Positions 51,886 to 63,729 of a stretch of 64,000 bases of DNA are shown one piece after another (within the stretch, counting starts at the first letter, position 1; each line of letters starts with the position of its first letter). The DNA lies in contig DF237201.1 in NCBI GenBank assembly GCA_000708835.1, positions 1-64,000 of the forward strand, written 5' to 3'. A program made the position numbers and the translations under genes. The notes beneath the pieces are model-generated. The model searched no databases, had not been told where the DNA came from, and saw only the letters and a list, made by a program, of their open reading frames with translations. The DNA is from Klebsormidium nitens. Taxonomy: Eukaryota; Plantae; Klebsormidiophyceae.

Positions 51886-53386
51886 GTGGAGAGAAAGCGG
51901 CGGCGTCCGCTCGAGCAAAGGAGGCAAAAGCCGATAGAGCCGAAGCGACGAGATTGAGAAAAGCGGAGGCGGCTGCAAAGAAGCAACGGGAGGCCGCGCG
52001 GAAGGAGCAAGCTCGGGCAGCCAAGGTTGCATTAGGAGGGGGCAAGCGAAAGAAACTGCCACCGAGGGGGGGGAAGGAGGTTGATGACAACATGAAAGAG
52101 GGGGAGGGTCCCTTGAGGGACTTGTTGTATGGAGGGGTTGGGTCGCCAGCTCCCGCGGCGACGATTGTGTCGGATGAAATTGTGTGTCAGCCAAAGGCCT
52201 TGACGGAGGTCCATAAGGCAGCTAGGGCTATTAATCTCGCTAGGCTGAAGCGAAAGCGTCTTGCATCTCGTTGATATTGTATTGCATTTCAGAAAAATGT
52301 GTTCGTGACCTAGTCAACCACTTTACAGTTGCATTGATAGACTACGAGGAATTGTCGGAGGGCACCTCAAACACGTTGACATTTGATGAAATGAAATGAC
52401 TGGATACATGCATACAATCTTTACAAGTTCGTCATTGCGATCTTCATCAATGTTCCAAAGTAAATGTGGCGTGTCGAATTGATAAGTTGTGCTTCCTGAA
52501 GGCCGCATAATTTGGTTCCGTCATGCATAACTGGCATTGAAACATTGCCAATCACTAAGGCGGCATCTTATTCCGTCCTGCCACACAGCGAGCGACGGTT
52601 GTAATATGATAGAGTATTGGGAGTAATACTGAAAATTCAATCTTAAGCGTCAAGGAGTATTTCACTTGGTCATGTTTCTAATGATCTAGGTTTCATGTTT
52701 TGCTCTGTGGACACTAGCCGGCAGATCGCACAACTGCAGACTGCACAGGCCTATCATTAACACTGATTGGAAGGCTTGCATCCAACGGCTCGCAGAGCAA
52801 TACGGTAGATTCTCATGGCCTGCTCGTGTGTTGTGGACCGTTCAACCAGTTCAGGGCGGGGCACCAAGGTCTGGGGCCTTGTTAAGCTTTGGGCCGCTGT
52901 TGTGTAGCTTGCTAAGAATGGCCGAGGAGGGTCTTTGTCGAGCATCCGCAGGGCCTCGACATCGCGGCGGACGGGGGGGCCGGTAATAGGACCACCGTCG
53001 ATTTGAACCGCCGTACGGAGATACAAACAGTCCCGATGCTAAATCAGGTATATTACGACATTTTTATATCTGACACCCTTATACGGTTGGAAAGAGAATT
53101 CGACGCCCTACATTTTCATATAACACATGCCATACTGAAAATGCTACGAACATCGAGTAATACAAGGTCAAAGGCGAAGGGGGCCGATAATAGGGACAAG
53201 TCCTCCTACTGTCATGTAGACCAGCACTGGCAGATCTCAGAACCATCAGCTGGACACAGTTGAAAGCTCGGGGTTGAAGCTGGGCGCAAGAGGGCTGCAA
53301 CGGGAACGGGTGTGGCAAGAAGGGAAACGGAGGAAGCTGGTGGTCAAGCAAGGAAAGATTTTGAGGACAGACATTTCTGAGGCGCC

Positions 53387-56300
53387 ATGCAAGCTCTGAA
53401 GGAGGTTTTGAGGCGGGCGCCCCACCTTGCAAATCCGATTTGGCAGAGAGCAGTCATTGAAGAGACAGTAGCACCATGCATGAGTTTGGCCCTTAGAAGA
53501 TTACGCAACCTGAGTTCGTCAGAGTGTCGATGTGGACAAATGATGAAGGCGGAGGCGGCTGGGCAAAGAGAATCGTCCTTAAGTGGTGGGTTTATGCGCT
53601 TACTTTGTTTCAGAGGTGGATCTGAGAGTACAAGCACTTTGGATCCGTGCTGCAACATGCAGTGCTTGTTATGGCGATGAGTCAGTCAATGCTGTGGGAG
53701 AACTTTTTGGATCTGGAGTGACTTTGACCACTTCTCGGCGCCCTTGAGAGACTTTGCGCAGGCTCAGTTTGGCGCTCACGAGCGGTCCTGTCGTGTCAAG
53801 CGTCACTAGGCTGTGGATGTTGGGTCCCAGAGGGTCTGGTCACAGAAATACCATTGTCTGCAGAGCTTTTTTTTCTTTTCTTTTCTGCCTCCCAGTGCTA
53901 AGTTGCTTGTGAGACTGTGCAGGGTCCTTCGGGCGGCATCAAAGTAGAGGGTTTGCGGCGGAGGCGGCAGCACTGGCTGATGAAAAGGAGACGTAAGCAG
54001 ACCTCACGTTCGTGCATCATTGTTCTGACTAGATAATATGTGATCATCGTGGCTGTGAGGTGGTTAATGTGGTGTTGGACGTAAGTTCTGACGCTCAGGG
54101 TAGGGCCAATGCGTTGTGCATGGTGCTGTCTCTTGCAGTTCTTTTGTTGTGGATATTCCTGCTAGAGCCCCCTGTGTATCCAGATTCGACATACCACCAT
54201 TATTGCAAAATGCTTTCTATGCATGGCGCGTCTTGTTGTTGAGTATGGTAAAGTAGGGCTCTGCATTTGACACCAGTCTTTATCTGCAGGATCCAGGTTA
54301 CCTTTGTAGACAAGAATGGGGAGGAGAAGCAGATACGAGTCCCGATGGGTGTAAATATGCTACAAGCAGCACATGATAATGACATAGAATTAGAAGGTGA
54401 GTGGGTTACTCTTGCAGTTGGTCTGCAAATCACCGTTGTTGTTTCCTTGTTGTATCTGCGACTCAGGCTTCTGGAAACGATCTTTTGATAATTATTCAAC
54501 TTGAAAGGTGGTGCTATTTAGTATTAACAACTTGCTGCTTCATCCAAAGAGAAGAGTGCGTCACTGTGTATATATCTGCCATAATTTTTCCTTCGTGTTA
54601 GGTGTCCAGGCCTCTGGCATGGCATTTTGGGAGCAATCCTCTGATGGCCTGGCAACTTGAGTGGTGGTGCTATTTGCAAGCTTCTGTTTTTAAAAGGGCA
54701 GAGAGGTTTCCATTTTGTGAAGTCACAGTGGGAAAGTCCGCTGGAACTTTTTGTTCATACCTTGCGTCCTAGGCGTCTGGCACGGCTTTTTGGAAGCAGC
54801 CGTCTGATGTCTGACTTGATTGCTGGTTCACAGACAAGCAGCTGTTGAACCAGCAGACTGCTCATGTGGGGTTATCTTGCAGGCAAGATTGTTTGATGCC
54901 TTAGTTGGTGGATCTCACCGTTCAGCATATCAAGCTGCTCACTCATTGGCTTCTGGAGGGGTGCTAACAGGATGAATTGAATGGAGCGATGGGGAATGAG
55001 GATGGACTCTGAGCATCTGCTGGCACGTCTTGTTTAACGTATGAGCTTGGAGGGCTCGAACAGTGGCGATGATGGATCCTGTTTGAGCACCAAAAGCTCA
55101 TGTGATTTTTGACCGGGGATCTGAAGCCGAAGCGTATGCGTTGGTCCCCCAGGTTTGGCCGAGCTCCTTCTGGAAGTCCACAATGTCTAGAGCCGATTTG
55201 TGTCATGGTCTTTATTGCCGATGAAGGTTTGGATCGCTTCCTGCGCGTAAAGTCTTTCCCCGAAGATTTCTTGTTGAGCTGTGTCGCTCGTTGGCACCCT
55301 TGCCTTTCAGACTCCTGGGACAGTCCTTTCCGGTCGCTCATGCTCGGGTGGGCTGCTTGGCAGAAGAAGTCCCAGACATTGTCTGTGCCGCCTAATACTT
55401 GCCGCCATTGCATTTTGGGCGGGCAAGCTTCGCTTCGGCGCAAGATCTTGAATGATTTTACTGGATTTTTGAGAACCAACTTCATACCCGTATCCACGGC
55501 TGGTGCTTCTGTCAGTTGTCTTACCCCGTTTCTCCGTCATTGGAGATTGCAGCAAAGTAATGTCTTGTCTTGCTTGGAGATGTGCCGACCTTCTCTATTG
55601 CTCTATCCTTACGGAACCCTCTGTTTTGGAGTGTCGAGGAAGACAAAAAGAGGCAAAAGCGCGTTTTGACAGATGTCCTGAGATGACCGGGTTGCCTTCG
55701 CTTGTTTAATCTGTTAACCCTGATCAGCAGGAGCCAACTCGTGTCGGTTCTGCCAGGATCTGCTTTACTCACTAAAAACTGCTGTCTATGTTTCAGCGAC
55801 CATCTCTGCTTGCACTGTTTAGTTGAACGGAACCGAGAAGATGGTAAAATTCCCAGATCATGGAAGATAGCGATCTTCGAGAAAGTCAATCATTACACAA
55901 ACCCCTCCGCTTCGTGTCTAGGTTCGACCGTTTCGGCTGATCGGTACTGTTCCGTTCTCCAGCTAATCTGCGAATGTAGATCATTTATCGCCCTTGTGGT
56001 GCAGGCTAAAGCCAGCATAAAGCTGAAGACTTGCTGATATAGTGCTTCGAACCCCGCAGGTGCTTGCGAAGGGTCTCTTGCGTGTTCAACATGCCACGTC
56101 ATCATAATGGTAAGCCCGTCCGTCCTCGCCCTTCCTCTGTCGTTTGGCAACCTATGTGCACCCTAACGCGCCCCAGAGACACTTTGTCTAGTCTGTAGAT
56201 GTTTGCAGAGAATGTGGCCGTTGGAAATTTCGATTGTGTCAACATTGGTAGGGACGACGTTTGGTCAATCTCTTTATTTGTGTTCAAGATTTTACAAGCA

Positions 56301-57733
56301 AGTGGGGGCATTTGTGGGCCGAACTCAGTCTCCTCTTGTCCGTTCGTCTCTTGGGATGTAGAGTCTACCAAGGTCAGTAGCATCTGAAGTCAGCTGCACA
56401 GGCTCCGGAAGCGATCCCAAGCTTTACAGCTTGTTGACCATCCTTCGACCGGTGCTAGTTGCAAACCTTCCCACCCACTTGAGGTTTTCTGACGTTTCTA
56501 ATTTCTAGCCCTTTCTACGAAGGGCACAAATCGATCTTGGTCAAAGATTAACTTTTGGGCAAAGTTTTGGGCGGTTTGCATGACTTGACGTGGAGCCAAA
56601 ATCCTGCTCGTTCCTTTCTTGTGGACCGTGCATTTGAAAGCTACCACAGAGCAGACAGTGGGGCCATCAGCTCTTGCGTCCACATTGGTTGGAGTCTCGA
56701 GTTAAATTTCCCCACAACATCCTTATCGACTTGATGAACCGCAAAGGTAGAAGTGGAACTGCGTTTTGTTGCGCACATGCTTCCTGTTTGCTCTCTCTCT
56801 AAAGGGTATCTTGAGTGTTTGTAGTCTGTCTGCGCAGGACCAGGACTTGTACGATAAAATGGAGGAACCGTCAGACGAAGAGAACGATATGCTGGACCTC
56901 GCTTTCGGGCTCACAGAAACGTAAGCAACCTCTCTTTCTGCTGTTAGGCCACTTTTTTGCCTAGTTGAGGTCTTGGTGTTGGTGGGGCAGCGGAGCGGGC
57001 CGCAGGTGCTTAGCAGGGTCTCTCTCTAATGCGGATGACGATGTAAGGGCCCAAAGAAGATATGGTTTGAAGATCAGTGTTCCTGGTTGAGGGGCATCCT
57101 CCTGCTTGGAGGAACGAGTGTGATCCGTCCGTGTCCTTGAAGATCGTGAACAGTCGTTTGCAGTCGTTTGCTAAAGGCTATCCTAGCATCAGTGGTACAA
57201 GAGCATTTGCGGTGGTCGCTGATAAACAGGCGTTGAAAGTTTTGAGTTCAGAAGCTAGTCTCACTTCCTTCGTCTCACTCGGACTTGAAACAAAACTTCT
57301 TTCGCGATTGGACAGACAAGTGATTCTTGTCAAAAGTGAAGTGATTCTGGTTTTTGTCAGTCTGCTACTCCGATAGCGAGTTTCCGTCTCAGCGTTTTTC
57401 TACAATAAGTTTCAGCTCGCCTAAGATTCGCCTCATTGCGGCCTCTCGTCTTGACAGGTCTCGCCTAGGCTGTCAAGTCGTTGCCTCCCCGGAGTTTGAC
57501 GGCATGCGCTTGTATCTCCCTTCCGTACGTGACGTCAGAGGTTAGCCTAACCACCAACAATCCTTCGGAAGATGCCTATTGACACCAGGCTCATTCTTTG
57601 GCCCTGTCTGCATGCCAGGTCGCGGCTGGGGTGTCAAGTAGTAGCGAGTCCGGAGCTAGATGGGATGAAGCTCCGGCTACCGGCCGCGACTAGGAACTTT
57701 TATGTGGACGGACATAAACCGGAGCCGCATTGA
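53387..57733 (+). CDS. MFDX: Mitochondrial adrenodoxin-type [2Fe-2S] ferredoxin with two alternative last exons
   Basis: Presequence exons (53387 onward and ~53923-53992; boundaries tentative), then 54290-54396 (IQVTFVDK...ELEG), 56060-56109 ([16 protein letters not shown]), 56838-56920 ([15 protein letters not shown]), then 57458-57545 or 57619-57733 (SRLGCQ...). Confidence 0.93.
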
Positions 57734-60700
57734 GGTTGGGGTAAGCATAGGCATGCAGTCTATGCTCTTTGGGGTAGAGCTAGCGGAAAGGTTCTGCACA
57801 CACAATTGCTCGCATAGACACATGTCTGAACACGTGGAAGATATCTACAGTTGTCTGCAGTCTCTGTGGTTCTAAGAAAACATTCATTGTGAAATGGAGC
57901 GGATCATATTTTCACATCAGAGGTTTTTGATATTCTCTCGATCTTCTTCGTCAGAGTCATGTGTCGCATGATATGTGCCTCCTACGACCATCCCGACTGA
58001 TCGTCGAAGCGTTTCAGGTTGTTTTTGCTCTGCGTTTGTCGGTTTGTTCCTCTGGCTTGTCCATCGCCGCAAGTTGCGGTTAGTTTCCTCTTGTGATTGT
58101 CGTAATGTTGTGACACTTCTTTGGCCTCTCCCTCCAAGGCTTGCGTCCAACCCCAGCTTTTTGCTGAGCATGCCTTGCTGCGATGTGGAAATTTGGAAGG
58201 CTTCTGTTCGTCGGATTTGTCCGTCCTTCCATCCTTCCATTCTATTGCTCAGGCGCGCCAACGCCCGACTTTTGACACGTCGATTGCAGCATCAGGCGTA
58301 ATGAGCATGTCTTTTCGCAGATCGTAAGTAGACCGTAGGTGCTGGACCGACTTACGAGTGAGTCAAATGCTGTCTACTTTCTCAAAGAGCTGTTGCGCTT
58401 GAAGTGGCTTTGAAACTGTTCCCTCAACGGTTGCAAGTTGGCATTAAGTGCCACCACCCATCGTTGACCCCGTTTTGCATCGACGGGGTCAGCGTTGGGC
58501 ACTGCCCTAACTTGTGCAGACAATGGTTCCTGAAGTCCTGCAAACCTTGAAGTTTCTGAGCTTTGTACTAAAGCCATCACGCATGTTAGCCTGGTCAATT
58601 ATAGCAGTGAGAGAGCAGAGTACATTTTGGGCGCCCCAGTTGAAGCCCAAACATTCTTCCAGGACTTTGAGGCTATACTAGCTGTGATGCTGTCGACTAA
58701 GTGTCTACAGCTTTTCTTGAGACTTTTTCTCACCAAGATTTGGAGACGTGCCTTTCAAGTTCTGAGAGTCCACCGATATACCTCCTTTCGTTTCAGCAAT
58801 GGTTGCCGATCAGAGGCAAAGGCTAGTCATCTGTCCTGATTACGTGTTATGCTTGACCCGTTAGTCCTACTGCGTTTGGCTTGGTTGTGGAGCTCAAGAC
58901 TGGGAGCTTAAGAGAGTTGTTTCTTAAGGAGTGATTGGGTTCGACAATCTGCATTCATGGAGCGCAGGAATGGCAGCGCAGCCCGAACTTCATCGTCCTG
59001 ACTTTCTAAAAGGCCCTCAACAGTCGCTCAAGCAGCTGGCAATGATGCGCCCGCAATGCTCCGCCTTCAGCTGATAGCAAAGGCGGATGTCTCTTCAAGA
59101 TGGCTCTTCAAGCTGACACAGAAGCCGGATTCGCTGATCTTTAATTTCCGATAATCCTTCCTTTTCAATTCGCAACCCCGTCATTGGCGGGGCTCTTTTT
59201 GGTTGGACGATCGAACTGACGTCCTGTGCGGTTTGTCCCTTTTCTGAGGCTACCGCTGACGTGAGCAGACAATATATCAATTCGAACTTGATTATGCGTT
59301 GGCTTAGCGTCGTTTTCAACGATACGTTGCCAGTGGAAGCGCCTGTTTCTACTCACGATGTCCTCGCTGCTCTCCCAATAAGCTCGAACCTCAAGCATTA
59401 AGTCTCGGCGCTTTTGAGAGTGACAACCGCCGTGCCTTACCCGCTTTCTAGGAACTAGGAAGGTGGCAATGACCAGACTGAAAGCTGGGTTTGAGTTTCT
59501 TCCGTAGGAGCTCAACGATATTTCTTGCTTATGAAGCCAACTTCTCTGCTTCCGTCTTTGCTGCTATTCGTTTCATCCTTCTGAAAATCCAACTTGGATA
59601 TAGGGCCGCTCCCGTCCTTTCGTCCGCCGTGCTATTCCGCAGCCCTAGCAATTGCAGCTGCCCATGTGAACGGCCCGGTAACGTGGTTGGCTGCAAGTAC
59701 AACGTCTCATATAACCTGAAAGCCTGCTGTGAGATTAATTTTACCTGTTTGTTCTCCCTTCCGCTTCAACCTGGTTCAGCCTTGTGCATTGAGTGACTGT
59801 GTCGTGTGCGATGCGCCTCAAGATGTCCGCCTCAACGGGTTGTGTCCGTTGCACATCGGCGTTGCGAATTAGCTCTGATTCCCAACCAAAGGTGTTTCAC
59901 TTCCCGCGCCGAGAGTATTCTATCTAGGAGGAGGGACGTGTCGCGTATGAGATCTAAGTTCTGGCAGCTTGCATCTCCATCCTTCTGAGAAGCACCTTCT
60001 GTCACGAGATCAGTCCATCTGTTGCTAAATCACTTTACTGAGATCTAGGTCCTGTTGTAGTCCATGTAATTTGAAGAGCGACCAGTATTTTTTCAGTGCG
60101 ACTTGGTCTGCTGTGCTGGAAGTCTCGGATGACCGCCCAATGAAGTGTATCTCTGATGTTCCTGTGGTTGGCTCACTTTGACCCACATCGGCCCCAGGCT
60201 TCCGCTGTTTCAGATGGCTGTGATGACCAGTGCTTGTCTCCAGAGACTCCACGACAGCAGAGAATTCTGACCAATGCCTCTTAAGCCCAGTGAATCTGCT
60301 TAAGGCGACTGTTGTTCTCAGTACGTCCTCAGGCAGAAAAGCTGTTGCATGAATTTATCTAGTCTACTTGTTGTCAAGTATCATCCTCAAGATTACTTGG
60401 ATACGAGACCGGACCTGAAGCAGTGAGGGGAAAGAGAAGGCAGGAACCAAGAAGCGGGCGGTCGCTCAATCTTTGCAAATCTTAAAGAGTGGCAGACTGG
60501 CTTCAGAATTCTGCAGCAATCACTTAGGATCCTCTGAAGGATCCTCGACATCCTTCATCTTTTCCCGGGGTTGGCATCCTGAGGTCAAATGAACATGCAG
60601 CGTCTCTTTGGATGACCCCGCGGGGGTCAGTAAGTTCACTCACGTAACGGAAATACATGCATTCTGAGTCGATCGTAGGATATATGCATTGACACTTTGA

Positions 60701-61124
60701 ACTTTCAAAGTGCCCACTCTTGCTTGAGCGCCCTCAAATGATCTGGCCACGCATGGGTTGTCAAAAGAAGACTGTGTCTCACGGAGTGGCGATGTAATAG
60801 CAGACTGCCCGCAATCAGACAACGAAGTTACCCACTTACCTGTTGCTCGAAGACGTAAAATGGAGATTTGAATCGACGTGTTTCCTCAGTCGCGGCGCGT
60901 CAAAGAGCTACCTTCAAGCAATTGACATGTTTCATCTGCACCTCACTACCTTTTGTTATGAAAAGACAGGCCTGGTCTATAGTCCTCGCAGATCTTGTCA
61001 TTTTGATGAGACATTGACAAGGGGCAGTGAGCTCTGCAGTTCGTGAGCACTCCGGCTCACTCTTGAATTCAATTGCGGAGTCTCTGCGAAGCCCTGTTGA
61101 TTTGTGTGCTACCCAGCTACAAGA

Positions 61125-61410
61125 ACGGCTCTGTCAAGCATGTCAAGCACCCCAAGACTGCGCCAGACAATACATTTTATGCAACTGTCGTCCTGCGTGC
61201 TTTGCACTTTGCAGAAGATTTACATCCAGTTCGATGATTAGGCCTGCTCAACACGAGCTGTTTTGCGGGGCTAGCCCCGCAGAACGAGCTCGTTCTGCAA
61301 GAAAGCCCGATCTGCTTGCGTGTCGACGCTGCCTATGTGGGTCGTCCGTCGTATGTCTCAGATGCGAATATCTCTGCCTTAATCCCCTCGACGAAGGTGA
61401 TCAAAGATGA
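61125..61410 (+). repeat. Decayed paralogous segment, copy 1
   Basis: Aligns by eye with 63730-64000 (caagcacYccaagactgcgccaRacaat...gtcgtcctgYgtgcttt...ctgctcaaYacgagctg...gacgctgcct...ccgtcgtWtgtctcag...tctctgcctt...tcgacgaaggtga). Confidence 0.75.
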
Positions 61411-63729
61411 CGTTGAAGAAGCATTGGGCGGGTCGTGCCACCTCACGGGCTCATTGGATGTGGGCGGTGACCGATGGCCACATGTCGATCATGGTAAATT
61501 GAACTTGTTACTCTCCTGTCTGTTTTACGAGTCTGAGTCTGCTGTATTTCAAATGGTTGACAACTTCGTAATGGCAGCGGCTGGCGATGATTCCGCGCGA
61601 CTCAACCTAGCTACTTGAGCACCAAATTTTATTGCGGAGGCTCATGCAGGTGAGGAAATAAGGAAAGGTCTCATGAAGCCAGCCTAATCTATCATACACT
61701 TAGGCCATCGCAGACCCATCCAGACGGCATTTGGGTTGACAGACTGCGTGCAGTACTTGCAGACTGGCAAGCGCCACATGTTTCCATGCAGTCATATCGA
61801 TCTTGCCCAAGTGCTGCGTTCCTGTCCTGTTAGAAGATTGTACGTACGCTGATAAGTTTCAAGGCCGGAAAAGCTGGGAAGATTTGGAAGAGTTATTATT
61901 TCCTTCAAGCCATCGTCGGTGATTTACCACCAAAACAATCCGAGATCGTTCGAATCAGTTGATCCTCGTTTTGGCTTTTGCACCTGTAGGCTTGTTTTGA
62001 TTGTCTAAATGTCCCTTGTAGCTGTAGATAAAGATAATGCTTTTCCTTCGTGCTAGTAGCTAGGGGCCAGATGCTCTGCGTGTCAACGTCAAGCTTCGCG
62101 AGCCGCATACTTGATCTGCACAAAGCCGCTTGGCAATGACAGCGCCACCCACGTTTTGGGCAACCTGGTTGGCGCCTAGCGGGCTTCTCTGCAAGACGGG
62201 CACTGAAGCCAGACGGGCACTTTAAGATGCTTCGTGTGAGGTCCTGCAAAGCACTTGATTGTGTTGCGTGTTGGGTAGAATCAGAGACCAATTCGCTTCA
62301 TACCATTGACTGCGATTAAGTGCGGTCAAAAGGTGCCTTCAGCAAAACGGTCGGTCACCAGATGCGTGGACAGATTAGTGCAGCCGCTTAGCGCTGCCAG
62401 TATCAGAGTACCTTACGCCCCGTGTATGTTGAATTTTTTCGATCTGCAGGTTGATCCACGTTAATTTGCGTCCATTTTGGATCAGACTTGATTTGCTCCA
62501 GTTTTGCTAGGACGCGGAATCTTGCTTCTCGTCCGCCTGATTTCCTTGGAGATGCGGAAATGATCGGCGGTTTGACACAATTACGGCCGCCGAATAAATG
62601 CTTGGCAGCGAACCGGAAAGATCGTTCTCGTGCAGGATTCAAGAAAAACCTTTGACGGTCTGGATTTCAAAGAAGCTACGGTGTACATTTCCTGTATACT
62701 TGTTAATATGCTTTCCATCTGGAAAACGCAGTTCGCTCTCAATCGCTGTCCCGTAGCTTCGCTTATAGGGTCCTGGAGTTCCACCTGCTATCTTGCAGAC
62801 CACACGTAGCGCCCCAGGGGTTGCCAACTCAAGTGGCTATGCTGACTGGTCGTGTCTTTATTGCAATGACGGAGACTGCAGTGACTGGGCGTCCTATCTG
62901 AGCCATGTGATACCGCTCCCTTATACAATTTTCGTTCTTTTTGCCAACTTAACTGAAAGACGAACCCAGGGTGTCGCAAGTTCTCAGTCTACTCGCTGGC
63001 AAGGATTACTGAGTCACTCTCTCACTGGAATCGTACGTTCTGCGAAACCCGACGGGAAAGGCAAGGAAGGGGTATAATTGCTAAATCTGCTGCCACTTCT
63101 TGGATTCCTCGATTCGTTTGTTCGCCTCCCTGCTGAGCAGAAAATTTCGGGAGGCTTTGAAAGTGGTCGACTTTCCCTGGTACTAGAAGTACATGTGACG
63201 ACGTCTAAGCAGCGTCCTTTGGGCGATCTTGCCAGCGCACTCCCTCGCAGTATACGGTTGGTTCTTTTCAAAGATTGGACAGATCTACAGTCACTTTCGC
63301 GAGTTGAAATGCCTCACTTCAACCGGATGCAGTGCCTTGTAATCTGACACCCCACTGACTGAGGACTGTACGTCGTTGAGCGGCCAGTGTCATTAAAGTT
63401 ATATCCGCTTACGAGCATACGTCACCGAAGGCGCCCATTAAATTCTTGCTCGGATTGTCCAGAACATTCATTGACAGTTGAGTGCAATTGTTGCGATAAT
63501 CCCCTAGAGACACTGCGTTGATGCAGTTCTGATGTCTGCTTTCTGTTGTTGGAAGGCATTGAAGTGGTCGTAGAAAGTTGGAAGGCATTAAAGTGGTCGT
63601 AGGAAGACCGACAAAGTATTTCTGATAGACCGACAACGGGCAATGACTCTTGCAGTTCCTGAGCACTCCCTCTCAGGCCATGCAGAATGGTAGGAATTAT
63701 GAAGCCCTGGAAAAGTGTGTGCTTAATCA

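Larger units (their letters stand above)
34470..52274 (+). pseudogene. Fragmented pogo/Fot-like transposase (HTH_psq, CENP-B-type HTH, DDE_1, charged C-terminal tail)
   Basis: RKQYSLEQLELAV...VPRSTLQDRL (~34580-34700), PGRKWWRGFLNR, NMDETG (~35090), GDNHSS (~35435), SHWLQPLDVG (~38150), intron 38345-38886 then IYPFNP, acidic/charged tail at 38900-39434, 50921-51136 and 51890-52274. Several frameshifts and stops. Second-to-third Asp spacing is 35 aa. Confidence 0.88.
34073..53206 (+). mobile_element. pogo-superfamily (Fot-like) DNA transposon, ~4.3 kb after removing three nested insertions
   Basis: 26 bp perfect TIR GGAGGACTTGTCCCTATTATCGGCCC at 34073-34098 and its reverse complement at 53181-53206. 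TA on both flanks (34071-72, 53207-08). Transposase pieces are collinear between the TIRs. Confidence 0.87.

Noticed and set aside
59095-59515. Minus-strand ORFs as a possible gene
   Set aside because: No recognisable domain, stops in neighbouring frames and no convincing exon chain.
63545-63610. ~30 bp direct repeat x2 (ttggaaggcattRaagtggtcgtag)
   Set aside because: Too short and isolated to interpret.
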